From Patescibacteria group bacterium (GTDB taxonomy: Bacteria > Patescibacteriota > Minisyncoccia > Minisyncoccales > RBG-13-36-15): 64,000 nt of DNA. The translations under genes were made by a program, and so were the position numbers. The stretch covers positions 8,474-72,473 of the forward strand of contig JAHCSE010000004.1 in assembly GCA_018609195.1 (NCBI GenBank), given 5' to 3'. How positions within the stretch are numbered: the first letter of the stretch is position 1; each line of letters starts with the position of its first letter. Of this stretch, positions 17,635 through 26,112 are shown piece by piece. The notes below the pieces were generated by a model that worked only from the letters and a program-made list of their open reading frames with translations, was not told the origin of the DNA and searched no databases.

Positions 17635-19395
17635 ATAGAAGGCAACGTCGGCATTGGGACGACGGGGCCGGGGTCCAAATTAGATGTTACTACCAACTCT
17701 CTGGGCATTACCCAGACTAATACTTCTGGCCTGGCTCTGGTCAATACCACTGCTGCTGCAGCTGGGTTGCAGCAGATATCCCCAGCTCTAAGGTGGAGAG
17801 GGTTTGGCTGGAAAACCGGTGGTCCTAACCCTGCTAGTCAGTCAGTCGACTTTAGATCTTTCGTGAGGCCAATTCAAGGAGCAGCCGCTCCCACGGGTGG
17901 ATTAGATTTTCAAAGCAGTATTAATGGTGGAGCTTACAGTGACTTGTTGACGATTTTAAGCACGGGCAACGTCGGCATCGGGACGGCGAGTCCTATAAAA
18001 AAACTCTCAGTCGCCGGTAAATTTTATTCACACAAAGACGCTGATATCACAGCCAGAAATTACCTCACTGATAATTCCTGGGTCTCCAGAACTTCAGCCG
18101 CTGACAATAGTTGGTTTGCCATAACCTGGTCTCCGGAGCTTGGCCTGTTCGCCGCCGTAGCTGACTCCGGCACAGACAACCGGGTCATGACCTCTCCAGA
18201 CGGCATTACCTGGACAATCAGAACTTCAGCCGCTGACAATGATTGGCTTGGCATAACCTGGTCTCCGGAGCTTGGCCTGTTCGCCGCCGTAGCTGCCACT
18301 GGCACAGGCAACAGGGTCATGACCTCGGTCAGCTCAAAATTGTCGCCTATGGTGAGCGTAGTAGCTGCTACGGACGACCGCGAAACTTTGTGTATAGCTA
18401 TCGGTGGCGGTGTTGTTACTAGAGATGCCGCAGGCAATGACTGCGACATTTCCTCTGCACGCTTCAAATATAATATTGAGGAACTTGATATTAACGGCAT
18501 TGACATCGTGAATTCTTTTAAACCTTCGTCCTTTATTAAAAATTCTGATAAGACAAACAGAATACAATGGGGATTTATTGCTGAAAATATTGCGGTAAGC
18601 AACCCACACCTTGCTTTGTATGACGAAGATGGTCTTCCGTATTCAATATCAAAGTATGGAATTATGGCGGTACTCGCCAAATCCATTCAAGAAATCTCCC
18701 AGCGCATAGATCTAACAGAAGAAAGCTTGGCATTCTTACAGCCTGACAGCCAACAGCCAGAAGGAGATTCTTTACTTGATGGTTTTGTTCAAAAAATAAA
18801 ACAAGCCTTAGCTTCCCTGGGGCTCGTAATTGAAAATGGAATTTTACAGGTTCAGAAATTAGTCGCAGGTGTTATAGAGACCGAAAATTTGAAAGTGGGA
18901 AGCCCAGAGAAGCCAACTGGCGTTACTCTCTATGATGAGGTGAGTGGTCAGTCATATTGTATTAAGATACGAAACGGGCAGATGGTAAGTTATGAGGGAG
19001 AATGCCAAGCAGGAAACCCTTCTGACCAAGCACTAACTGAAGAGCCGCCGGTTGAACAATCACCAGTAGAGCCATCTTCTACCGAACCACCTCCCACTGA
19101 GCCCCCGGTAGAGCCATCTCCAGCTGAGGAACCTTCAGGAGAACAACCCCCCACTGAAGAGCCTACGATTGAAGAACCACCAGCTGGACAAGAACCTCTG
19201 GTTGAAGAACCGCCAATAGGGGAGCCTCCATTAGAAGAACCACTTGCTGGAGAATCACCACCTACTGAGGAGCCACCAATTGAGGAACCACCTCCTTTAG
19301 AAGAACCACCAGCTGAGGAGGAACCTCCAGCTGAGGAACCCATAGTTGAAGAACCAGTTGTTGAGGAACCTGTTCTGGAGGAGCCAGCTGAATAA
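17425..19395 (+). CDS. giant surface-fibre protein, C-terminal part (same frame as 14527..17379; frame open from 17380)
   Basis: 656 codons. Contains VGIGT..P..KL.V tail-fibre motifs, two BNR/Asp-box-containing repeats (SPDGITW), an S74-type intramolecular chaperone signature (SSARFKYNIEEL...WGFIAENI) and a P/E-rich tail. Confidence 0.8.
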   Translation: MYVIGTAGDEVNEYNLSTPWDVLTASFNQLFSVAGEDTAPTGVFFKPDGTKMYVIGDNDDDVNEYDLGLIIEGNVGIGTTGPGSKLDVTTNSLGITQTNTSGLALVNTTAAAAGLQQISPALRWRGFGWKTGGPNPASQSVDFRSFVRPIQGAAAPTGGLDFQSSINGGAYSDLLTILSTGNVGIGTASPIKKLSVAGKFYSHKDADITARNYLTDNSWVSRTSAADNSWFAITWSPELGLFAAVADSGTDNRVMTSPDGITWTIRTSAADNDWLGITWSPELGLFAAVAATGTGNRVMTSVSSKLSPMVSVVAATDDRETLCIAIGGGVVTRDAAGNDCDISSARFKYNIEELDINGIDIVNSFKPSSFIKNSDKTNRIQWGFIAENIAVSNPHLALYDEDGLPYSISKYGIMAVLAKSIQEISQRIDLTEESLAFLQPDSQQPEGDSLLDGFVQKIKQALASLGLVIENGILQVQKLVAGVIETENLKVGSPEKPTGVTLYDEVSGQSYCIKIRNGQMVSYEGECQAGNPSDQALTEEPPVEQSPVEPSSTEPPPTEPPVEPSPAEEPSGEQPPTEEPTIEEPPAGQEPLVEEPPIGEPPLEEPLAGESPPTEEPPIEEPPPLEEPPAEEEPPAEEPIVEEPVVEEPVLEEPAE

Positions 19396-19437
19396 TCAAC
19401 TGAAGAACCAGTAAACGAATAATCTTGATCACGAAAT

Positions 19438-19465
19438 TTGACGCTTTTTTCAAAAAGATTATAAT
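19438..19465 (+). promoter_or_regulatory. promoter of the TA operon with internal palindrome
   Basis: TTGACG (19438-19443), 16 nt, TATAAT (19460-19465). The spacer contains the palindrome CTTTTTtcAAAAAG. ATG follows 8 nt after the -10. Confidence 0.55.
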
Positions 19466-19473
19466 ACAACTAT

Positions 19474-19698
19474 ATGGGGAAAATTATTACTATTCCAAAA
19501 GAATTAATTAAAAAGGGCGAATTAGTGATTATACCTCGGAAAGAATATGAGGCAATTTTGCGTGTTTTAAGGAAAAAAGCCAGAACCCAACTCAATAAGG
19601 ATCTTAAAGAGGCCCTAAAAGAGGTTAAACGAGGAAAGCTTATTGGACCCTTTGAGAACGTTAAAGATTTAATAAAATCCCTGAATAGCAAGAAATAA
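19474..19698 (+). CDS. putative antitoxin
   Basis: 74 aa basic protein, 6 nt upstream of a RelE/ParE-like toxin gene. Typical type II TA arrangement. Confidence 0.55.
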   Translation: MGKIITIPKELIKKGELVIIPRKEYEAILRVLRKKARTQLNKDLKEALKEVKRGKLIGPFENVKDLIKSLNSKK

Positions 19699-19704
19699 GA
19701 TTTA

Positions 19705-19950
19705 ATGAAGATTCTTTACGCTCCCCATTTTGAGAGAAGCTATAAATTTCTTCCCAAGGAAATTAAAAGAAAATTTAGAAAACAAGTTAATTATCTTCTG
19801 CAGAATCTACGTCATCCTTCGTTGCGGACTAAAAAGTATAATGAAAGACACGACATTTGGCAGGCCCGAGTAAATAGAAATTACCGTTTCTATTTTTTAA
19901 TTAGGGGCGATATTTATATTTTGTTAGATATTAAATTACATCCAGAATAA
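19705..19950 (+). CDS. RelE/ParE-superfamily toxin
   Basis: 81 aa. Pattern F.R.YK.LPKEIK...I..L...P...SLR.KK......IWQARVNRNYRFYF.I.GD.I.LLDI..H is typical of RelE/ParE-type toxins. Confidence 0.7.
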   Translation: MKILYAPHFERSYKFLPKEIKRKFRKQVNYLLQNLRHPSLRTKKYNERHDIWQARVNRNYRFYFLIRGDIYILLDIKLHPE

Positions 19951-19977
19951 TAAATTTTCTCTCAAACAAAAACACAA

Positions 19978-20181
19978 ATGAGTAGACTCTCACACTGTGA
20001 CTATCGCAGATGTAAAAGAAAGGCTTATGTTGAAGCCTATCCAAAACGAACCCCTACTTGGCCGCATCTTTGCAAAAAACATTTTGAGCAAGAAAAGAAA
20101 AATCTAAAATTTTGGAGTTTTGTTGATGAAAATTTGATTTATGATAATTTTTTATCAGTGATTGAGAAAATTGAGAAGTGA
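19978..20181 (+). CDS. small Cys/His protein, unknown function
   Basis: 67 aa with CDYRRC...HLCKKH, a possible zinc site. No other recognisable features. Confidence 0.35.
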   Translation: MSRLSHCDYRRCKRKAYVEAYPKRTPTWPHLCKKHFEQEKKNLKFWSFVDENLIYDNFLSVIEKIEK

Positions 20182-20332
20182 TATAATACGTGTAGTGGGA
20201 AAGAATGTCTCGCGGTCACCTTTAATAAGGATATCTGGGAGTTATCAATAAAAGTCTTCAAATTTATCTCCTGGCGCTCAAAACGCATCTAATCCGGAGC
20301 TAAACAGGAAAAATAGATTAAGCTCATTTTTT

Positions 20333-22519
20333 ATGCGCGAGCAATTGATTAATATTTTCTCCAAAATTATTGAGTGGGGAGTAATTCTCTTAGTTTTTTT
20401 ATTACCTTTGTTTTTTTTACCAATAACCACTGAGGCTTTTGAATTTCCCAAACAGTTATTAATTGTCTTTTTTATCAGTATTTTAGCCATTCTCTGGGCG
20501 ATCAAGATGATTCTGAAAGGACAGGTTAAGATTTTACATAGTCCTCTGACAATACCTATTCTCACTTTTTTTGGTCTTTTCTTTCTTTCAACAATCTTTT
20601 CCATCCATCGCTTTTCCTCAATGTTCGGTTCCTATCCCAGGTTTCATGACGGCTTCGTTAGCCTTTTTATTTATCTTTTTACTTTTTTCCTCGTAGCTTC
20701 TAACATCAGAGAAAAAAAACAGATTGTTAAAGTTTTAACCTCTCTCAGCTTTTCCGGGGTGTTAATTGCCATTTTTGGAATTTTGAATTTTTTTGATTTT
20801 TATCTCCTGGGTTCTTACCTGAGAAATCCTTTGCTTACTCCAGCTGGCTTTGCCGATAGAGCTGTTTTCTTTTTAGCGATTTTGTTCCCCATTGTATATT
20901 TTGTCTTTTTGTTTGAAAAGAGCAAAATTTCCCAGATTTTAGCAGCTTTGGCCAGCATCCTTTTCCTTTTTTACATTTCTTTGATTTCGCATTCGGCAGC
21001 AGTGGGAGCTGTCTTTTTAGTTTTTCTTTTACCTTTTCTCTTTACTCGTTTTCAGTTTTCGAAAACCATTACAATTAAAACTGCGATTATTTTTTTCATT
21101 TTCCTTTTGCTTTTGGTTATCAATAATGTTGGATTTATTAAGTCTCAAATTCCTTTTCTTAAAGACAAAGCTTTTCAACATGAATTGAGAATGGATGCGA
21201 ATACGGCCTGGGCAATTACTACAGGTGGATTTCAGAATCTAAAGATTTTAGCTCTGGGTTCAGGGCCTGGGACCTATATCTTTGACTTTACGAGCTTTAA
21301 ACCAGTAAGATTTAACCAAACCTCTGTTTGGGATCTTCGTTTTGAAAAATCTTCTAATGAATATTTCCAAATTATCTCAACTTTAGGAATTTTAGCTTTC
21401 TTCGCCTTTATTTGGATTTTGTTCAGATTTCTAAAAATGGCTAAGGAAGCATGGAAAAAAGCAGTTTCTGAAGAAAGAGTAGAGAAGAATTTAGCTTTTG
21501 GGTTGTTCTCTTCTCTTTTTGTATTTACCTTTATTATTTTATTTACTTCCTCTTTCACCGTAATTTACTTTACATTTTGGTTATTTTTAGGACTGGCTGG
21601 ATCTGTTTCTCGGCTTATTAATTTGGCCGGAGTAAGGGAGGTTGAGCTATCTTTAGCCACCATTCAGGTTCAAAGGATAACTGAAGGGAAGAGAGAGATT
21701 ATGCCTTGGTTAATAGGTTTAATTACCTTTCTGGTTTTAGTTCCTTTGCTCTGGCAGGAAGCTAAAATCTTCCGGGCCGAACTTCAATTTACCAGAGCCC
21801 AGAAAGAGCAGCTCAAAGAAAGGCCGGATCCTAATTTAATTTTAGAATCTTTAGTGAGAGCCAGAAATATAATGCCAAATAATGATAGCTATCGGAGGTC
21901 TCTCTCCTCTACCTCTCTTAATTTTGTCATTTTGGCTCAACAACAAGAATTATTATCAGAGGAAGGAAAGCAGCAGCTTTTACAGACAGCCGTCATTGAG
22001 GGAGAATTGGCAGTTCGCTTAGCCCCCCATAATATTTTCAATTGGGAAAATCTCCAGAGAGTTTACAGTTCAGTTACTCTTGAAAATCAAGATGATTTAT
22101 TAATAAACAATGTCTTCCCCCAAGAGATTTTCCTTGATCCTTTAAATCCCAGACATCGAAATGATTTGGGGTGGGCCTATCTTAACTTAAGAAATGATAC
22201 GGAGCTAGCGAAGAGAAACTTCCAAGATGCTATTTCCTTGAAACCAGATTTTGCCGATGCCCACTATAGTTTAGCCAGAGTGTATCGAGAGGAAGGGAAA
22301 AAAGGAAGAGCTTTACAAGAATACGGACAGACCCTCAATTTTCTTTCTGGGCAGATCTCCTCTCTGGAATCTGTGGCTTCATTGAGGGCAGATTTACAAA
22401 GAATTGTTAATCAGTTAAGGCAATTTGACGAGCAAGTTAAAAAAGAGAAAGAGGAACTTGAGAAAGAAATTGAAAAAGAGAAAACGCCACCCCTAGTTGA
22501 GGAAGAAGAAAAGGAATAG
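20333..22519 (+). CDS. O-antigen-ligase-like polytopic membrane protein with C-terminal TPR repeats
   Basis: 728 aa. More than 10 hydrophobic helices over the first roughly 480 aa, then TPR-like repeats (AYLNLRNDTELAKRNFQDAISLKPDFADAHYSLARVYREEGKKGRALQEY). Confidence 0.65.
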   Translation: MREQLINIFSKIIEWGVILLVFLLPLFFLPITTEAFEFPKQLLIVFFISILAILWAIKMILKGQVKILHSPLTIPILTFFGLFFLSTIFSIHRFSSMFGSYPRFHDGFVSLFIYLFTFFLVASNIREKKQIVKVLTSLSFSGVLIAIFGILNFFDFYLLGSYLRNPLLTPAGFADRAVFFLAILFPIVYFVFLFEKSKISQILAALASILFLFYISLISHSAAVGAVFLVFLLPFLFTRFQFSKTITIKTAIIFFIFLLLLVINNVGFIKSQIPFLKDKAFQHELRMDANTAWAITTGGFQNLKILALGSGPGTYIFDFTSFKPVRFNQTSVWDLRFEKSSNEYFQIISTLGILAFFAFIWILFRFLKMAKEAWKKAVSEERVEKNLAFGLFSSLFVFTFIILFTSSFTVIYFTFWLFLGLAGSVSRLINLAGVREVELSLATIQVQRITEGKREIMPWLIGLITFLVLVPLLWQEAKIFRAELQFTRAQKEQLKERPDPNLILESLVRARNIMPNNDSYRRSLSSTSLNFVILAQQQELLSEEGKQQLLQTAVIEGELAVRLAPHNIFNWENLQRVYSSVTLENQDDLLINNVFPQEIFLDPLNPRHRNDLGWAYLNLRNDTELAKRNFQDAISLKPDFADAHYSLARVYREEGKKGRALQEYGQTLNFLSGQISSLESVASLRADLQRIVNQLRQFDEQVKKEKEELEKEIEKEKTPPLVEEEEKE

Positions 22520-22537
22520 CATCTTTAATACTCTCTA

Positions 22538-22622
22538 GGGACTTGCCCTCCCAAATTTTTGGACTGCTTTTGCTAAATCTGAAACCCTTGGTTCCGGTCC
22601 AAAAACTTGGGAGGGCTTGACA
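22538..22622. repeat. hairpin element IR2 (inverted orientation relative to IR1)
   Basis: Arms gggacttgccctcccaaatttttggac (22538-22564) and gtccaaaaacttgggagggcttgaca (22597-22622). The reverse complement of the right arm matches the IR1 left arm 23/26. Confidence 0.85.
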
Positions 22623-22644
22623 AAATTTTCTAAGGGATTAAAGT
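22617..22644 (+). promoter_or_regulatory. candidate promoter carried by IR2, pointing at rpoB
   Basis: TTGACA (22617-22622), 16 nt, TAAAGT (22639-22644). Parallels the minus-strand TTGACA-16-TAAAAT of IR1. Confidence 0.4.
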
Positions 22645-22712
22645 AAAAATAGATTTTCTGGCCCGGATATTTTGATATTTGAATTTCTGCAATTAAATCT
22701 TTAGAGATTTTG

Positions 22713-22746
22713 CCCTAATAAAAAGAGTCTAATTAGGGATTTTTTG
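22713..22746 (+). terminator. terminator-like hairpin (possible attenuator) just upstream of the rpoB start
   Basis: CCCTAAT-aaaaagagtcta-ATTAGGG followed by aTTTTTTg. Ends 7 nt before ATG 22753. Confidence 0.45.
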
Positions 22747-22752
22747 TATTTT

Positions 22753-25700
22753 ATGGAGATTAAAATAAAAAATTTCGGGAAATCAAAAATTTCTCTCTTC
22801 CCTTCTTATCTATTAGAAACCCAGAAGGAAAGTTGGAAAATATTTTGGGAGAGAGATTTAAAAGAGCTCTTTTCTGAGATTTCTCCAATTAGAGATTATA
22901 CTAAAAAGGAGTTAGAGCTTTGGTTTTTGGATTATAAATTAGATCAGCCAAGATACAAATCAGATTTTGAAGCAAAACAGAACAATGATTCTTATGAAGC
23001 TCCATTAAGAGCGAAGACTAAATTAGTTAATCTCAAAACAAAAGAGATCAAAGAGCAAGAGGTTTTTTTAACTGATTTCCCCTTAATGACTGACAGGGGA
23101 ACTTTTATTGTAAATGGAGTAGAACGAGTGGTCATTTCCCAATTAATTCGCTCTCCCGGGGTATTTTTTACCAGCCAGTTAATTTCGGGCAAAAATTATT
23201 TTGGAGCAAAAATTATCCCCAATCGGGGAGCCTGGCTAGAATTTGAAACAGAAGGCTCAGGTTTAATTGGAGTGAAAATTGATAGAAAAAGAAAGTTACC
23301 AGTAACCACTCTTTTGAGGGCTCTGGGAATTGATAAAGACGCTCAAATAATTGATCTGTTTCAGGATGTAGATCGGGACCCAGAATTAAGTTTTATCAAA
23401 GAAACCTTACAGCGAGATCTAACTCACAACCAGGCTGAAGCTTTGGTTGAAATCTATAAGAGATTAAGGCCAGGAGATTTGGTTACCCCAGAAACTGCCA
23501 GAGAATTAATTGAAAATATGTTCTTTAATTTTGAAAGGTATGATTTGTCGAAAGTGGGAAGATGGAGAATGGGGCAAAGACTTCCAAAGTTAGAAGAAAA
23601 AACAAGAAGGGGAAAGCCGGTTTTAAAGAAAAAAGAAAAAATTAGAGGACATTCGGCTGAGGGCATTCGACAAGCTCACCGCCCTGAGTTTACCGAAGGG
23701 CTCAGTCGAAGCCTAGGAAATCCAGGAGAGGAGGGAATTTCAATAGAGGATAGAGTGTTGAAACCAGAGGATATTGTGGAAACCTTGAGAGAAATCATTA
23801 AGCTTAATAATACTGCTGAAGCTAAACCTGATCAAATTGATCATTTAGGTTCACGAAGGGTGAGAGTTCTTTCTGAGTTTTTACAAAATAGATTGAGAGT
23901 GGGATTAATGAGAATGGAAAGGATAATCAAAGATCGAATGTCAACCTTAGATTTAGCTACCTTGGCTCCAGTGCAGCTCATCAATCCACGGCCATTTATG
24001 GCAGTTGTAAAAGAGTTCTTCACCAACAGTCAGATTGCCCAATTTATGGATAATGAGAATCCTTTAGCGGAATTGGAGCACAAAAGAAGGTTATCAGCTA
24101 CAGGTCCAGGGGGCTTAACTAGAGAAAGGGCAGGTTTTGAGGTCAGAGATGTTCAGCCTTCCCATTATGGGAGAATTTGCCCCATTCAGACTCCTGAAGG
24201 CCCAAACATCGGTTTAGTGGGCCATTTAGCTTCTTTTGCCAAAATTAATCCCTATGGATTTTTGGAAGCCCCTTATTTTAAGGTGGAAAAGGGGAAAGTT
24301 ACTTCTGAAATTCGATATCTGAATGCCTATGAAGAAGAAAAATATAATATTGTTCCTGCTGGAATCTCAATTGGTGAAAAAGGAGATATTTTAGAACCAA
24401 AAGTTGAAGCCAGAATTAAAGGAGAGCCAGGCCAGATCGAAAAAGAAAAGATTGATTTTATTGATGTTTCTTCTACACAATCAATTTCCGTTGCCACTTC
24501 TCTTATCCCCTTTTTACAAAATGATGATGCCAATCGAGCTTTGATGGGTTCTAATATGCAGCGACAAGCCGTTCCTTTAATTAATCCTGAAATACCTTTT
24601 GTGTGCACTGGAATGGAGGAGAAAGTTGCCCAAGATTCTGGGCAGGAAATAGTGTCTGAAGGAGAGGGGCAGGTTGAAGAAGTAGATGGAGAAAAGATTA
24701 CTGTTTTATATAAAACTCCAAAGAAAAATCGTAAAACCTATCAATTAAAGACTTTCTTTAGAACCAATCAATATACCTGTTTCCATCAAAGGGCAATAGT
24801 TAAAAAAGGGAGAATGGTTAAGAAAGGAGAGATTTTAGCAGATGGAGCAGCGATTTCCAGAGGGTACTTGGCTTTAGGCAAAAATATTTTAGTTGCCTTT
24901 TTACCTTGGCGGGGAGGGAATTTTGAAGATGCTATTTTAATCTCCGAAAGATTGGTCAAAGATGATATCTTTACCTCAATTCATATTGACGACTTTAGTT
25001 GTGATATTAGAGAAACAAAGTTGGGACCTGAAATCACCACCGCTGATATTCCCAATGTGGGGGAGGAAAGATTGAAAGATCTTGATGAGGAAGGGATCGT
25101 TAGAATTGGGGCAGAGGTTGAACCTAATGATATTTTGGTTGGAAAAATTTCTCCCAAAGGTGAGACGGATTTGACGGCTGAAGAGAGATTACTTCGGGCA
25201 ATTTTTGGGGAAAAGGCGAGGGAGGTCAAGGATACTTCTTTACGAATGGAACATGGGAAAAAAGGAAGAGTAACTGAGGTTAAAATTTGGGAGAGAGAAA
25301 AAGGGGTGAAATTGGAGCCGGGAGTAATAAAAAGAATCCAGGTTGAAGTAGCTGAGATTCGAAAAATCCAAGCCGGTGATAAATTGACGGGGCGCCACGG
25401 AAATAAAGGAGTAGTTTCTAAAGTTTTACCTGATGAAGAAATGCCATTTTTAGAAGATGGAACTCCAGTAGACATTATCTTAAATCCTCTAAGTGTTGTC
25501 TCCAGAATGAATGTTGGTCAGGTCTTAGAGACTCATCTGGGATTGGCAGCTAAGAAACTGGGGTATATTGCTATCTCTCCGGCTTTAGCTGGAGCTACTG
25601 AGGAAGATATCAAAGAAGAGCTAAAAACAGCTTCTCTTTCTGAGGATGGTAAATTTACTCTCTATGATGGAAGATCTGGGGAGCCTTTTGAGGAGAAAAT

Positions 25701-26112
25701 TACAGTTGGGTATATTTACATGATGAAATTAATCCATATGGTGACAGATAAAATCCATATGCGCTCCATTGGTCCTTATTCTTTAATTACCCAGCAACCT
25801 TTGGGAGGGAAAGCCCAGTTTGGAGGACAGAGATTTGGAGAAATGGAAGTCTGGGCTTTAGAAGGGCATGGAGCTGCCAGTACTCTTCAGGAAATGTTGA
25901 CTATTAAATCTGATGATGTTCCAGGAAGAGCCGCTACCTATGAAGCAATCTTGAAAGGAGAACTAATAAAACCTCCCAGTCTGCCCGCTTCCTTTAATTT
26001 ACTAATCAGTGAATTAAAATCCCTTGGATTAAATGTAGAAGTGAAGGAGAAACCACCGCAAGAAAAATCCGAAATTCGAAATCCTAAATTCGAAACAAAT
26101 CCTAAATTATAA
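22753..26112 (+). CDS. rpoB: DNA-directed RNA polymerase subunit beta
   Basis: Conserved blocks include FMDNENPLAELEHKRRLSATGPGGL, GDKLTGRHGNKGVVS and QRFGEMEVWALE. ATG 22753 is preferred over TTG 22744. Confidence 0.95.
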   Translation: MEIKIKNFGKSKISLFPSYLLETQKESWKIFWERDLKELFSEISPIRDYTKKELELWFLDYKLDQPRYKSDFEAKQNNDSYEAPLRAKTKLVNLKTKEIKEQEVFLTDFPLMTDRGTFIVNGVERVVISQLIRSPGVFFTSQLISGKNYFGAKIIPNRGAWLEFETEGSGLIGVKIDRKRKLPVTTLLRALGIDKDAQIIDLFQDVDRDPELSFIKETLQRDLTHNQAEALVEIYKRLRPGDLVTPETARELIENMFFNFERYDLSKVGRWRMGQRLPKLEEKTRRGKPVLKKKEKIRGHSAEGIRQAHRPEFTEGLSRSLGNPGEEGISIEDRVLKPEDIVETLREIIKLNNTAEAKPDQIDHLGSRRVRVLSEFLQNRLRVGLMRMERIIKDRMSTLDLATLAPVQLINPRPFMAVVKEFFTNSQIAQFMDNENPLAELEHKRRLSATGPGGLTRERAGFEVRDVQPSHYGRICPIQTPEGPNIGLVGHLASFAKINPYGFLEAPYFKVEKGKVTSEIRYLNAYEEEKYNIVPAGISIGEKGDILEPKVEARIKGEPGQIEKEKIDFIDVSSTQSISVATSLIPFLQNDDANRALMGSNMQRQAVPLINPEIPFVCTGMEEKVAQDSGQEIVSEGEGQVEEVDGEKITVLYKTPKKNRKTYQLKTFFRTNQYTCFHQRAIVKKGRMVKKGEILADGAAISRGYLALGKNILVAFLPWRGGNFEDAILISERLVKDDIFTSIHIDDFSCDIRETKLGPEITTADIPNVGEERLKDLDEEGIVRIGAEVEPNDILVGKISPKGETDLTAEERLLRAIFGEKAREVKDTSLRMEHGKKGRVTEVKIWEREKGVKLEPGVIKRIQVEVAEIRKIQAGDKLTGRHGNKGVVSKVLPDEEMPFLEDGTPVDIILNPLSVVSRMNVGQVLETHLGLAAKKLGYIAISPALAGATEEDIKEELKTASLSEDGKFTLYDGRSGEPFEEKITVGYIYMMKLIHMVTDKIHMRSIGPYSLITQQPLGGKAQFGGQRFGEMEVWALEGHGAASTLQEMLTIKSDDVPGRAATYEAILKGELIKPPSLPASFNLLISELKSLGLNVEVKEKPPQEKSEIRNPKFETNPKL
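23651..23716 (+). repeat. GC-rich mini-insertion in rpoB (encodes about SAEGIRQAHRPEFTEGLSRSLG)
   Basis: Locally GC-rich with TTCGAC...GTCGAA pairing. Shares the 15-mer CATTCGACAAGCTCA (23664-23678) with the intergenic palindrome at 59149-59163. Confidence 0.7.

Larger units (their letters stand above)
14065..22622. mobile_element. candidate accessory island bracketed by inverted copies of the hairpin/promoter element
   Basis: IR1 (14065-14149) and IR2 (22538-22622) are reverse complements of each other. Each exposes an outward-facing TTGACA-16-TAAA.T promoter. Between them lie GIY-YIG, the giant fibre gene, the TA pair and non-core genes. Confidence 0.3.

Noticed and set aside
16836-17750. 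304-aa minus-strand ORF; similar long antisense ORFs at 18060-18686, 18990-19469, 15951-16292 and 24981-25475.
   Set aside because: All lie antisense to strongly supported genes (the giant repeat gene, rpoB). They mirror the sense-strand repeat periodicity or low-complexity composition and carry no motifs of their own. They are shadow ORFs.
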